DNA from: Lingula anatina
Lineage: Eukaryota; Animalia; Brachiopoda
Direction: 5' to 3'
DNA: 64,000 nt
Assembly: GCA_051362555.1 (NCBI GenBank)
Contig: CM120640.1
Location: forward strand, 43,502,788-43,566,787
The notes under the pieces were generated by a model. That model ran no database searches and was not told where the DNA came from. It worked only from the letters and a program-made list of their open reading frames with translations. Both the position numbers and the translations under genes were made by a program. Positions 48,466 to 62,616 of the stretch are shown here, in pieces. How positions within the stretch are numbered: position 1 is the first letter of the stretch; each line of letters opens with the position of its first letter.

Positions 48466-51096
48466 TAGAAATTATTGGTAGCACCATGAAATCAATTTTA
48501 GTTGCAAAAGGGTAGGCCTAAATGCGCTGGGATGAAAAGGAGCGCGCCTCAAAATACTTTTCGCGTAGCCTATTTTGAAGGCCTAGACCTAATGCGAATT
48601 AAGACATGCGCCAATTAAAGCCTCTTATTAGCTTTAGGCCATATTTAGACGCGATTAGGTAGGCCTAAATCATAAGGCTAAATCTCAAGTAGGCCTATAG
48701 TTTCATAGTTATATATAGTTTGAGATAAATACAAAGTAACACTTCAATATGTTTCATAAGGCCCTTGTAGGCCTATCTGTAATTTCCATTGAGCAAAACT
48801 TTATAGGCCCTACTTGATAGGTAAAATAGGGCCTATTCACATTTTTTGTGTTTCTTTTTATCTAAAGGTCTATTTGTTTTAGGTTATAGCACATGTCATT
48901 ATCTTGTCATCCTTATTTCTCGAACTAAAATTTTAGGCTTAGGCCTACTACTTAGGCCCTATTAGGAGCGGAAATTTGTTTCCCAAACAAGCACAGGCGC
49001 ACAAGTTCTCTTGTTTAGGCCTAGGCCTACATTATCGGAATCTGAATGTCAAATAAAAGAAATTAGCACAGGGTATAGGCCTACTTATCCACTAAATCCA
49101 ACAAAATTAGATTTTTAAAAATATTAATATATATAATCTGTGTTGTATTTCAGGCAACCTTACTTTGAACTGATTTTAAGACGTAGGTCCCTATCTATTA
49201 CAAATTTTGGAACACTTTTCAGCCACACGTAGGCCTACTATGAGCAAGGTTATGCACCGCGAGTCCGCCAAATGTTATTGAGAAAAGAATATGCCTATTT
49301 ACCTTCATTTACATCACATGAATCTAAGGCCCACCTATGAATATACGGTGTGAAAACACCTCATATTCAACACCACCGATTTATGCAAATATTAGTTTAG
49401 CGATTGCCATTTTGCATTTGCTTTTATGAATTCCTTTGGTAAACAAATAAGGCAGACTCAAGGCTAACTTTTTTACCAGGAGAAATTAACATGGGAATAA
49501 GCGCGTAGTATAGTGCGTCAATCTCAACCCATTGTCAAACATGAACTTAAGTAATGTTGTGTTGTGTTTTAGTATTTATTCTTCATCCATTATTATATTA
49601 AATTATTTACAATTATGGGCTGATCAGAATGATGGGAATCGTATTATAATTGAATTTGTTTATTACTGAGAGCTACAGGCCTATTAGTCTGACCTATACC
49701 AAGCATCTTATTATAGCATAGCGTCAATAATTATCTAACTATTTGTGTATTAATTGTTGTTTTATTAATTGCCAGTATATATCAAGGTGTACAGTCAAAT
49801 AAAAAATCCAAATGATTAACAACGCTGATTACAGCGTGTTAAAATACAAATCAAATATCGTCTTGTATAGATGCTGATTGACATCTACATATAAGGGCAG
49901 CGTAGAGTTCTTAAAACTGAAGCTCCTAAACATCTTTTTAACATTTAACCAAGAAAAGATTAATGCACCAGCCTGGATACAACAACGTTTCAAATACCAA
50001 TGCTAAGCGATAGACCTACACTAACATAACTCTCACAGGACCTTTCATAGGCCTTATTAAATTTGCAAACCCGCCGTATCTAAAGACTTTCAGGTTTACG
50101 TCTTTGTAGACAAAGTGCAAAATAGGCTTAACTTTTCATGTGAACAGAAATCAATTACGACTGAAGAGGCCCGATTAAAGTCCAGTCAAACAGTGATATG
50201 TAAGCCTTATCTCCATAAAACATACAGTTTTATCGCGATAGTGTTGTGCGTCCATATACATGTAGCATGTCTCATGGCAATAAAAACCGCTATCGTCCCA
50301 TCACAAGCGTGTATGCTAAATTTGGATATAAAAACGCTGTGGGTTAATACAAGTACATATATTGAGCAGACATTAATTATGGACGACCAAGGCAACAGAT
50401 CGCTTTTGATATGCATGGGTTACCATATATCCACCTAGATATGGCGGTTCACTATACATACTGTATATACAGTGTGCATATGATGTTAATATAAATGAAT
50501 GCAATGGTAAAGAGAATATAACGAAAAAAGTTATAATAGCAACAGCTATGATAGATGATAGGTGCCTGTTAACAAGGCTAATGGCATTCTAATCCACCGA
50601 TTTTCTCTACGTACGTAAACCTTTAAATGAGGTTCGCTGTCAGGTATGTTGTGTAGACTAAATTGGAAGACCTTCACCGACTTTTTCGTTCCAGTCTTAT
50701 CAACATCTTTTTTCCAAAGAATTAACCAATTATGACGAAGTAATATGGGATCGATTTTTTGGCGTTTTGACATTGAAACACTGTCGGAAGAACCGACTTT
50801 GGTTCTGAGGAAATGTAAAAGAAATTAAGATCCTCTAAACCATTTTTGTATACACAATAGAGTCTGGGTGCTATTAAATCACGCCGCTCAAATAAACATT
50901 CACTGAAAGCAAGCAGCAAAACGGCCAGAGAATAAAGTAACAAAGGGCAACCACAATACACCAACTTATGAAACTTATGAATTATCAATGCTGATCGGTA
51001 AATAATTTCAATATGCATATTATGTAACCAAATGGGTATATGTGAAATAATCCGTTTGGTGACTGTTTCATATATACATGTATGTACTATACTTAC

Positions 51097-51148
51097 AAAA
51101 CTCTGCTGGCTCCTTTTCTTCCTTCTTTTTGCTTCCAAGTTTAAACAT
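51097..51148 (-). CDS. PRKACA: Candidate PKA-C alternative first coding exon (N-terminus MFKLGSKKKEEKEPAEF)
   Basis: CTACC-ATG start, 52 nt, donor gtaagt in phase 1, matching PKA exon 2; EPAEF parallels DPAEN of exon 1. Confidence 0.7.
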
Positions 51149-52302
51149 GGTAGATGTACGTTATATTTCTCTAATCAACACAACTTGTAAGACCTGCTTG
51201 CTGCTGTAGCAACCTTGATACATATAAATCACGTTGATATTCAATGTCCTAACAATGGATGTATATTCTTAATCGTCCACAAATCATTACCAACTTAGCA
51301 TTGCCCAAACCGCAGTTATAGAAACCCAAGCAACAACTTAAAAGTGTCGTCCGCCTTGTCTGTTAATTGCCTTTACTTTAATTCTCTTCAGTGTGACATC
51401 CTCTCTAACCCAAGTGAACTTCACGCTGATAAGGGCAGCAGTTATCTCGCGAAACTGAGTCGATGTCGTTGAGAGGTATAAAAATACGTGTCACCGGGTA
51501 GGACCCTTGAAGCAAAATCACAGAGAGGCACCTTTACGACCTGCGTCTATACGCAAACACCTTCGTTCGGTCGATAAGTTCCTCCTCACTTGTTAGGCAA
51601 GGGCAAAAGTTTGCACTATTATGCTTTTACCCCAAGGTCGGCAGTTACTTTATGCTGAATGGGTAAACTTGTAAACCCACAGCGATAAAATAGTGAAAGG
51701 AAATGAATGAGCGTGTCCACAAATAAACCCGCGACTGAGAAAACACCTTTGAAAAGTAAGTTGTTTGCGATTCTAAGCACAGGCCCGTCTGAATACTGGG
51801 ATAGCGTGTGCATATCGACAAGAGCACTGCATTAGTCAGCATGATTACATGTTATGCAAAACTAAAATGTTAACTATTAAAAGTGCAGGGCACTTTAGGC
51901 GTGGCGATTTTTATTTTGATAAGTGATAGGGGATTTCGCTGATGAAAACATTAGGCCAATGTAAATAAAGATACCAGTGTCGACTAAACGTTTTCTTCCG
52001 TTCATTATGAATAACATCAATTTCATCTTCTTACGTCAAAATCAGTCAAAAGTTTTAAGGTTCAGACAAAGTTTTTACGAAAACGAGACAATTTTGTCTT
52101 TGTGAAAGAGTCCATAATTTATATAACTTACTCTGAATTAAGTGTACTATCATCTATTAGACGACGACAGAAAAATTAAAAATCTCGTCTAAATGCTCTA
52201 CATGTTTAATAGAACTTCTTGTGGATTAGAAAACACCGATGAATTAATTATTTTATAATGTAATTTCTATCCGTTCCCCTATTGCCCTGCCCCCCATCCA
52301 AC

Positions 52303-52305
<3 letters not shown>

Positions 52306-52365
<60 letters not shown>
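52306..52365. repeat. (AT)n microsatellite
   Basis: Direct reading. Confidence 0.95.
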
Positions 52366-52369
<4 letters not shown>

Positions 52370-53910
52370 TAAATGTAATTTTTCAATCGCTTTTTTTTAA
52401 ATTCACGGCACGAACGTATTTTAAAGTTTGTCTGAAGGAATCTTTTCCATTCCATCGTATTCGCACAAATGCGTTAGGTGAGACTGAATGCTTGGCTGTG
52501 CAACAGCAGGCAACACACCACTACCGAGTTCCGAGTCTTGTACTGGAAGTGTCATTGGCGGTTTGTCCTAGTTCTACTATTCTTTGAAGGGCATAGTAAT
52601 TAGTGAAAAATATCAATCTTTCAGATATCTTTTGTATCATTTAGTTCAAAGAACCCAGTCTATTACTGCTGTTTTATGCAAAATGATTACCATAAATCAA
52701 TTCTTTCAATATATAGAGGGTTCTGTGGCTGATTTGCCTTAGACATAAACTTAAATATGCCACCGAAGCACTGACCCTCCTTGTAAAAAAAAAATAAATA
52801 AAATAAAATCGAAATGCATGTCGGCACATAATGACGAAAAACAACAATGATATATTTTTCGACTAAAAGTTAATTCAGAAAATTGATCTGGAAAACATGA
52901 ACACGTCTGGTAACAATGCCTTGACGACAAATTTTAAAAAGGCGAAATTGTCATGGTACAATAAAGGGACACATAAGGGTTTTCTTATTATAAATATTCT
53001 TAATTTTTTTAAAGATATGTTATAGACATGTTTTGGAAAATAAATGAAATTGCTAGTTCTATTCAAAAAGTGAATTTCTGTGTGAAAATGCACGGAAAGC
53101 ATGTAGCAGTCCACTCGGTTTCTATAGATAGCTTAATAATCAAAAATTAAAAAAAAAAGGACGGGATGGGTCGTTTTTAATTTAAAAATTGCCGTTTTTA
53201 GGCAATACTGACTATATAAACGTTGCATATAGCACTGCGTCTTGTATGGGAAGTATGCTAATGTTGGCGTCCATCAAGACGAGGAAACACACAACGTTGA
53301 AACTAACGTATAAAAGAACCCGACATATTTTCAGCATACGCAAATTTTTGTTATGAGTTCCCAGACGTCTATTCTACAAATTAACTAGTTTCAAGTTTGG
53401 AGCAACGTCGACATTACTATGCTCACCATAGCTTGAGTGTTTTGCTTTTAAGTACGGACCTCGTTGAATTAGTTTATACTAGTAGTGTGCAGGGTGCCTG
53501 ACCCTAAACTAACCGTACGTGTATAACATTTCCTTGTACACATATCCTTTTGGATCCATACTGAGAAGATGACGTCAAACTCTCCAACTTTTATATAGGT
53601 CCCAAATTACCCGCCTTATCATATCTCGGTTAAAACGTACATGTACACCGACGTAAGACGCCAGCGAACGCAACAGTAAAAATCTCTCTTACAGTTCAAA
53701 ACAATCAAGAATTAATATGGCTTCTTAAGTACCCAACTCTACACAACTTGTTTGGAAATGTCCATCACTGACATAGTAAGAAATTTCAATTTCGGATTCA
53801 CAGAGGTCTCTTATAGAAAAGCCTTCTAAAAGAAAAATACAAAAATAAAACCAATTTTTAATCGGTTTGAATTCGAAGCCGTTTGAGGATAAACTTACAT
53901 TGTATCGATG

Positions 53911-53913
<3 letters not shown>

Positions 53914-53972
<59 letters not shown>
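53914..53972. repeat. (AT)n microsatellite
   Basis: Direct reading. Confidence 0.95.
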
Positions 53973-53975
<3 letters not shown>

Positions 53976-54755
53976 TTTGAATTCCTTAAGGGCTCAATCT
54001 ATATGTGTACCAGCGTAAAGCCAAAAATATATAGATTTTGAAAGCATATCAAATTGAAAAGTAAAATTAGTTTCGCTTTCGGTTCCTATCGGTCACAAAT
54101 CGCCTAGTGAATATGAGCCTATATAAAACAAAAAACTCAAGTCAATAACTGGAAGATTTACAAAAAATTTGACAAGCTAGTGATCAATCTGTTGACTCAC
54201 ACGTTTTGCCTGGCCTAAAGATACACCCAAGCAACACTCTGGCATAAATACATGTGTAATTCCGTTGAAGCCTTCGTCATATTTTCGTGCACGTGATAAG
54301 GATATTACTGATTATCTTGCACAAGTTGCAACTGCTAATGAGATACAATTACTTTTTTATAGCGACGAGGCGCACACAATCTCGCTAACGACCATACAGC
54401 CGCCAGTTTTCGTCGTCAATAGCACCAACTAATAGGTCCTGGGGAATTAATTGCATGCATTTACAGTGTAAATCTGGAGTGGCATTGGCTACAGAGATGA
54501 TCATTATGACGTTAAAACAATGTCATAATTAGTCTGTTCCTCTTAATTGCTGTGGTAAAACTTACTCTATGGTGAAGCCAAACTTTTCTATTTTCCAAAC
54601 TACATTATTATATTTGGTGCCTAACAAACTTTGATAGATTAAAGGATGCATTCTATCGCACTGTATTTAACAGAAATGTATTTCCCGAAATACTTCAACA
54701 CGAAGCATATTAATTTAGCATGATACGCACCGACACAATTCATACATGTACTCAC

Positions 54756-54903
54756 AAAAATCATTCCACAGGCGGACTCTCTCTCCGAGAACTGCGTACT
54801 TTTCTGAAGTACTCGGGCTATTCTTTGGAGATCCAAAAAAGTTCCGAAATATATCGGTCACTTTCTTGGGTTGTCCTCCACCGTGGTCCGCGGCCATGGC
54901 CAT
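54756..54903 (-). CDS. PRKACA: Candidate PKA-C alternative long first coding exon (MAMAADHGGGQPKKVTDIFRNFFGSPKNSPSTSEKYAVLGERVRLWNDF)
   Basis: ATGs in strong context (CACATGG, GCCATGG), 148 nt, donor gtgagt in phase 1, matching exon 2; GC-rich, codon-like composition. Confidence 0.7.
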
Positions 54904-57890
54904 GTGGAGGTGGCTACTGGGGCTTTCCTGGAATTATAAATTCGTACAACGTCTCATTTGAAATAATCCAAGCTTGTGTTTTCTACTCTTATCTAGATCC
55001 TGACAGGACTACTGGCGGATGTGATTTTCTTCCATGACGTCTGTCTGGTCTGGTAGTGTAAGTTTGTTAAAATGCAAACACGGCGAGCTCTGTACTATAT
55101 TCAAAACATGTCAAACAACATTGGCTGAAGGCAGAGGCCCAATGACGTGATTGGACAAGCTGCATATGTGAGCTCGTCTGGAGGGAAACATTTGATTAAA
55201 AGAGTATGGAGAACTATCTGACATCAGTTCATAAATCTAATTAAGAAACATCCACAAAACCCATTTTCTTCGTAAAATGGATGATGCCCAGTGATGGTCA
55301 GTTTATAAACGTACTTCACAACGCACGGACCACTAACTGGGGAACTGGAGTTGAAATCATTTATACATGTATAAGTTTGTATGACGCAGAAAAATGTCAT
55401 TCTTTGATGTTGGTCTATCTTTATCAAAACTTTTATAAGAGTGATAATGCACCAAACACTGACAAAATGAAAATTCTTCCTTCTCTACAAGAACACACTA
55501 TATCTCACAATAGGCGATAGGTCTTGGGCAATATCCTTTTATATTTGGCTGTTTTTGGTTTAATTTTCAAAGGGAATGCTCGGGATGGTAACGTAAATAT
55601 TTGTACTATACATCTTCACAGTGTTTAGCGTCTTACGTGTGATATGCACGATGCATTACGCGGGCTGTGAACCAAATGGTAACTGCAGATCTGTATACAA
55701 AGTAATTGGATACTTGGTAGAAATGTTGAAAAACACCGCAGTCATTGCTGTACCAGAGAGGTTAACATAGCGTGCGCGTTACTCGTGCAAGCGAGTAAGC
55801 ACTTTATCAGCAGTTTCGTGAGATTTTCTGTTCAACATCGAGTGTAGAAGATCACTCAGGATTACAAAGGTTACCTCATCGTTTTTAGACGAATATCATA
55901 CAGATAGTATTAAGATACATGTGCTGAGGCACGTTGTTTTTCTCCACTTAAACTAGAACGGGCTGTGTACTGTGGATACCATATGATCTGTTTCTTGTTA
56001 CAGAGAGGAAATAAAGGTGCTAAGTAGAAGTCGAAGACATGTATATAAACTGGATCTTTAGACGTTTTTATGGTCTCAACTTACATTAAAAAAGGTTTAT
56101 ACTATCCATGAAATCTTTATGAAAACAGATTATCGAACGCGGTAGGCTGAAAGGGGGCAGGTAGGAAGAAAGAGTCCGATCTCTAAGAGTATGAATTTAC
56201 AAATTTTCAGAATGTATACCAAAACACTTCTGCAAGTTTCCCATTGCCTCTAAGAACGTTCACCAAAACTTATCACCAAGTGCAATACACATCCTCGGAC
56301 GCTCACAAAATTCAGTTTGGATAAAAGGGTCCGGATTAAATACCACAGTAAAAAACGGCACACTTACCCTTATACTACGCCCAAAAGAAAGACTTTCACC
56401 AAATATCATATGGGCACAAAACCCATAAAATTACTGGAAGAGGAGCCCGGATATGTGGCATATGGACCGCATATTAAATCGTGCAATCTAGGACACACTT
56501 ATTAATTAGGCCTAGAAGCGAAATCTAGCGTTTATACTTAGAACTATCTATACATATTGGAGGGCAAGCCTCTTGGTAAAGATGAACAACATTAGTTCCC
56601 ATTTATATGAACCATCCCTACATCTTAGTAAGAAAGCTACCTGACATTTTCATACATACCTAGTGAAAAGTTGAAGGTCCAGCTGAAAGTGGGTTCCTTT
56701 ATGCGGGGTATCTTTCACACTCTTGTGTTCTATTTCGGTGCATAGGTGCGGAACACGGGAGAGCGACACTTTAATTTAGAAGTAGGGCAACGGTATGCCT
56801 CAGCCTCCAGCTGTCTACCCTCTTCAACAGCTCAAAGCTGACATCAAAATTCATCTGTAGCAATTTTTTGACGCAGATATGTTGCATTTCAGTTTATTCA
56901 AAAAGCAAATGTAAAACTTAACAATTCAGGAAATTGATTTTGAAACCATTGGAGATATAACGTCAACAGACAGCACGTCAACAATGACGAAGTCCGTCTT
57001 ATCCGTTTGGTGTGCGGTGAGGTTGTTTGTCACGGTTTGTACCCCGAGGCTTGTACGTCAACCTTGATATAGATAGGACATTTAATCATCCTCTTTTATT
57101 TACCAGGTTACATGGGTCATGTCCAGTGTCCCTTAGACTTTAATAAAACTTTGCTGCTAAAAACACAAGGAATGTGGAAAGTTCGGCAAACCAATATCAC
57201 ATATATAAACAAGTGAGAGGACTAGCCTACGCTAATTGGTACTATAACAGACAAAAACAGACAGCTGGCGATGTAAATTCCGTAAATTTAACAAACATAC
57301 GGGTTGATCTCCTTTATACATGTGCACTTGTCCATAATTCGTTTGTGAAACTAAGATGTAAAAAATGGAAATCTGAAACTATACAAAACACCTACCACCG
57401 GGTCACGATATCAGCTTAGAAAAGACCATGAAAGTACAACTGTTGTACTTCCATGGTAAATTCCTAATAAAACGGCTTTCGCTCAATTGTTTTAATGTAA
57501 AGTTACAGCTTACGAACTACACAACAAATGATAAACCTTTTTAACGTAATTAAGTCTATCGTTTACGTGCTTTTAAAGTACATTTGTGTGTAAGAGACGT
57601 TTAAACTGGCGCGTCTGGCAGTGATACCAGTGTATTAGTTTTGATCAGTAACCCGAGTCAATCGGTTACTTTCTACAAACTGTAGTTTCAAATGTACTTT
57701 ATTTGTTTGGATCTCATAATGGGATGGGATATTACTTAAAAGCAATTTATCTTTTAAAACGATCTTTTGATTACCGCAAATGCATCTGTAATTTTTCAGA
57801 ATTTTCTAAAAGTACGTTGGTTTTTCAGTTCGGTTTATTTTGTTATTCATATTGACGTGCGATTCAGAACATAATCACACTCAGTGTCTT

Positions 57891-58106
57891 GCACCCCATT
57901 CTCATAGATTAGATCGACCTACATTGGATCGACCTAACTCCCTGGGGGTTCACGCTAAATAGCTGTCAGCCGGGCGGACACGAAAGTTAATTACCCCTTA
58001 AAGCTTGTAGTAGGCGGGGACGGACACTTAAGGGGGATTATCTGACAGTAATCTAGTGAGACTCCCCGCGGTGATAGATCGATCTAAAAGTTGTGAGAAC
58101 AGAGCC
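57891..58106. mobile_element. Degenerate MITE-like element with imperfect terminal inverted repeats
   Basis: CCCCATTCTCATAGATTAGATCGACCTA mirrors TAGATCGATCTAAAAGTTGTGAGAACAGAG imperfectly; no clear TSD. Confidence 0.4.
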
Positions 58107-59657
58107 ATAGTTTACTGGCAACCTAGCTGCATTATCAATTTGCCTAGCTGTGCCGTTTCCAGAAGGGAATGATCCGCACACCAAAGAGTCCGCCATACCT
58201 CCCCCATTAGATACGTACTGGTTTGGGTTCGAGTGGCGTTAACAGGTCAAATTCTAGAAACGAAAATGTTGGGGGGGGGGGGGGGGGGGAATAAGGGCCA
58301 ACACCATAGTGACTTAACATGGTCAAAATTATTAGATAATTATAGGTCAGCTAAAATTATTAGATAATTTTGTTCATGATTTGGCCAAATTGTTCAGTGG
58401 ATCCTAGCTCTGTATAGGAAACCAAAGATGGTCAGCTAAAAATTACAGAAGTTAGAGACTGGTTGCCAAGCAAATGTGTAGGCTATGTGCCGCTCTGGGC
58501 GCATATATGATGTTAGAATGATGCACGCAGCAAAGGGTGTTTTTTAAGCAATATAAATCACGACATCATTTTTTGCGATCAGATATTTGTTTGCAATCCT
58601 TTTTCCTGAGTTTATATTTTACTGCCATTTTCCAGATTAGTTGCCCACTCAGAGACTAAAATTACTGAATTTACTCAAAAGACAGTATCGCTGGCCCATA
58701 GAGTGGCTAGAAGATGGACAACGGGGACGACACCTTGTGCATTGATGAACGGTAATGGATCATTCAGTAAAGTAACTTTAAAAAGTAAAAGCCTTCGTCT
58801 ATAAATGTAAACACTTCAAATTATTTCCTTAGTTTGAGAATTATGTCACATTAGTTGGGCGTACTTGTAACTGTGATTCTTCTTACTAGAGTTGTGAAAT
58901 ACTGTGCGGAATGTGAACAGGGAGAACATGAGAAGTTTACACCGCAGTCCACGCTGAAGGATAATTAGCTCAAGGGCATATGTTTCTTCAACCAAAAAAA
59001 AGAATGTATATTTTTATCTTATCAGCCTGGGGGAAATATGACTAAAAGCGTAAATTCTTACGCTTATACAGGAGACAATTGATTATAACTGTACAAAAAT
59101 ATTTACACCAATATGCGCACAAACCCCCAGTCTAGGGTTCATATGTGACTTTGGGCAGATGTACAGTATTTGATGTATGCGTTTCCTAAAAAAAGTCTCT
59201 TTTGAGATTTGCTACATTCCATCAGTGTCATCCTATTTCCATAGATTTCATTTAAGGACACAGGCATTTGTCATCTAATCCTCATTTTTTTCTTCCAAAT
59301 ACTCACTTGGGATCTTGGAAGAAATTTTACTGTTTTTATCTATTCAGTTGTCTTGTAGTAGCATAGCCGTTATTACCAACAAGTTGCTAAGTGTGCACTG
59401 TAGGCTTTTTAATGTTTTCTTGTTGCTATACATCATAATATACATCATTAATCCAAAGAATCATCTATATTAACAATAACATCTAGTACTAACAATCTTC
59501 CTGTTAAAGGCAGAATGTGCTGGGAGGTATTGAAGATGATATATCAGTGCTATATGAAACTGTTGTATATTCCATTACCACATTTTAGGAAAAGTTTCAT
59601 GTGCTAGCCTAGGATTGTATTGAAATAACTTTGTATTCTGGGACAAATCATTCATTT

Positions 59658-59925
59658 ATTTTGGCGGGTTTAGAGGGGGGGGGGGGTCAGGGCAGTCCTG
59701 ACCCCCCTTCTGTTTCTGAAAAAAATAATTACACCAAAAACATCTTTCTTGTAACCTTGAAATTGGAATTTTGACTAGCTGAATCACAGTTCTAAAGCAT
59801 ACCAAATGACACCGTTTGCCCTCCAAAACACCAAAGGGGCAAGGGTTGGCTTCACATCCGAGACCTGTCATTCCTAAAAAACGCCCCCCCCCCCCACCCT
59901 TCAACTAATCCTGGATCCGCCCCTG
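59658..59925. mobile_element. Small hAT-like MITE, same family as 48253-48465
   Basis: TTGGCGGGTTTAGAGGGGGG ... CCTGGATCCGCCCCTG; shared internal motif and poly-G/poly-C arms. Confidence 0.65.
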
Positions 59926-62616
59926 CCAACACTAGCTTGGGACTTCTGTGAAAAATTGTATTGATATCTGCTCTGGTTACCTTAAGCCATGTAAACCAAA
60001 ATACGTATCAGTATGCATTTTAACCTAAATTTGTTGCATTTAGTGCACCTTCAGTGAGATTGTTCTTCGTATGATGTTAAATCTGAAAATCTTGTTAAGT
60101 CAGTTTTTATTAAGTATAGTATTACATAACACTGTGTGACATAGGTTGTGACATTGTGATCTTCAGCTCTTTGAAATCAGCCCCTGTAATAATTTGGCAA
60201 ACGATGATGCTTCATGAATACTTTCCTTTCTGTTATAACCTCAGTAATTGATATGGACATAGAAACTGCCGATGGTGACAACAGCGTCCCTTCCTTGATT
60301 GCATTTTGTTCTGACCAGTAAAATGTTCTTTACTACTACTGCTGCATAAGCATCAGCAATTTTTCAATATTGATATTGATAAATGATTCTGTATAGATTC
60401 TACATGTTAAAAGTTAATCTATGCATCCTCCAAGGATTGCACAACACAACGAGACAACAGCTGCTCATTAATTTACACTGAACCATCACGTGGTTAATGA
60501 TGTGTCCAAGTTTCACTTGACACAAGTCTCTTTGCATAGTCAGTATGTCTATTTTATATACAGACACTTACAGCGTTTGACTGTTCACCTATAGCTGTCA
60601 AACCATATTTATGCTTCTTTTTTCAAATTCATTATGTGGCTTCTCTTGATTAAATGTTGCCATGGTTATGTAATATTACAGTGTATGAATAAATGAAGAT
60701 GAGATACATACCACATGTTGATATCTGCTGTGAAGCACGTCACACATTGTACGTCTCCTGTTTACAAGTCGTATGGCATCTACATACAATATACAGTTAG
60801 TATATGACACCCTTACTTGTGTTGTATAGACCACTTTCTTCACATATCAATTCAGTTTTACATTGGATTTCACATTTATCTTTAAACTTGGTTAACATAT
60901 ACAATGAAAACTTTCCATTATTGGAAATTATATGGTGAATTATTGGAAAATAAAGAAAACTATATTTAGAGAGAGTTGGGATAATTTTGAAATAAGTAAA
61001 AAGCTTGAATAAGTCTCATGAAATTTAGTTCTTTATTCTTTCCAATATATGACTGGAAGCTATAATTTCAATACAAGAGGTCACTGTATTTCGCAATTAA
61101 AAATAAAAAACAACAACAACACTTCACTCTTCTGTAAAGAAAACTTGGATTCTCTCTGTAATGCAGTCTTTTGCCAACTTCATGTCTTAGTAAACAAGTG
61201 AACAGAAATGCCTGCCATACTTGTTTTTTCCTGTTGTCAAACAAAAGAAAAAAAATCAAAAGTTAATTTTCTATCAATTACAGTTATATCAATATTGAAT
61301 ACTGTATTTTAGTATATGTTAACAATGGCATGAAGTACATATAGAATGTTGCATGATGCAAAATAAATACTTCCTGATCTGATGGATCATGTCATGGATA
61401 TTGCTGTGAAAATATTGCACTACTGTTACTTAGAATGTATGACAACATGCAGCACTGGAATAACATGGGTACATAAAATGACACCCATTCAACAAGAAGT
61501 CAGGACTTTTCAAATGCCATTTTGTATGAAAATTTTATCGAACATAAATTCTAGAGCTTTTGCACACAATGGGTGGAATGCCTTTTATACATTCTTAAAT
61601 AAATTATGTCCAATTATATGGTGAATATTAACAGTTTTACATCCAAAGATATACAGTGCAACAAATCACGTAATATATACACACAAATGTACATATGTAT
61701 CATATGTATATATTCTCAATAGCCGCATTAAACATTCATCTCAGCACTTGTTATATAAAACTGAACAATTCAAATGACACAAGTCCGAAAAATATATATA
61801 TATTCTCATATGACCTTTATGATATAGAATGTTGTGACACCCTGATAAAAAAATATAATCATAAACTGGATAGACACTGCAGTCAAGAAAGAGGTCATCA
61901 TTCAAAAGCCTTGATTCTGGCACAGTGTGTTTAATTTGGATCATCATTTTTCAACCAAAAGCTACACGTAGATCCTGTTGTTATGGAGTCAAAACTTCTG
62001 TGGCAATATTATGCTGTAGGACTTGGTGACATTATGGAGCTATGTATCCATTTAAATACATTGCAGTTCCCAATACTAGATTTTGAGAGGTTAAAAATTC
62101 TAAGTTCAGTATTCTTTTTTATCCTACTGACACAGGCACACCTACCCTAAATAAATAAGGCAATAAGGGCAGTTGAAATAAACAGGCAAAAACTAAAACT
62201 TTGCTTCACTTGCATGTGTTTACTTATAAAGATCCATTACTCTTCTCTGTAATGTGCTGTATTGCACATATAGCTAAAACTGATAAGAAAATTAAAAAAT
62301 ACACCACAGGACAAAAAGTTATGACTTTTATCAATTCCATCTTAATATGTATAATATTAGATTTTAACATAACATTAATAAACAAGGCAACAACTGTTAA
62401 ATTTACGGTAGACACCATTTTACAAAAACCAAAAATCTGTACAAAAGAATTATTGAATAATTAATAAGATAATCATTTGATTCAAGTGGCCAACAGCACT
62501 TGGCTTTGATTAAAAACAACTCCACAGGAACTTGAATTGTTCTGAAATGGCTTGGTTCTCTAAATCTATCAACCAAAGAACAAATTCATTATTATAAATT
62601 ACCTTGGATGTATTCA

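Noticed and set aside
50546-51138. Overlapping minus-strand ORFs of 75 and 138 aa (with an acceptor-like site near 50806)
   Set aside because: No recognisable domain and no convincing phase-compatible partner exon; the 5' end of the longer ORF is an out-of-frame reading of the candidate PKA first exon.
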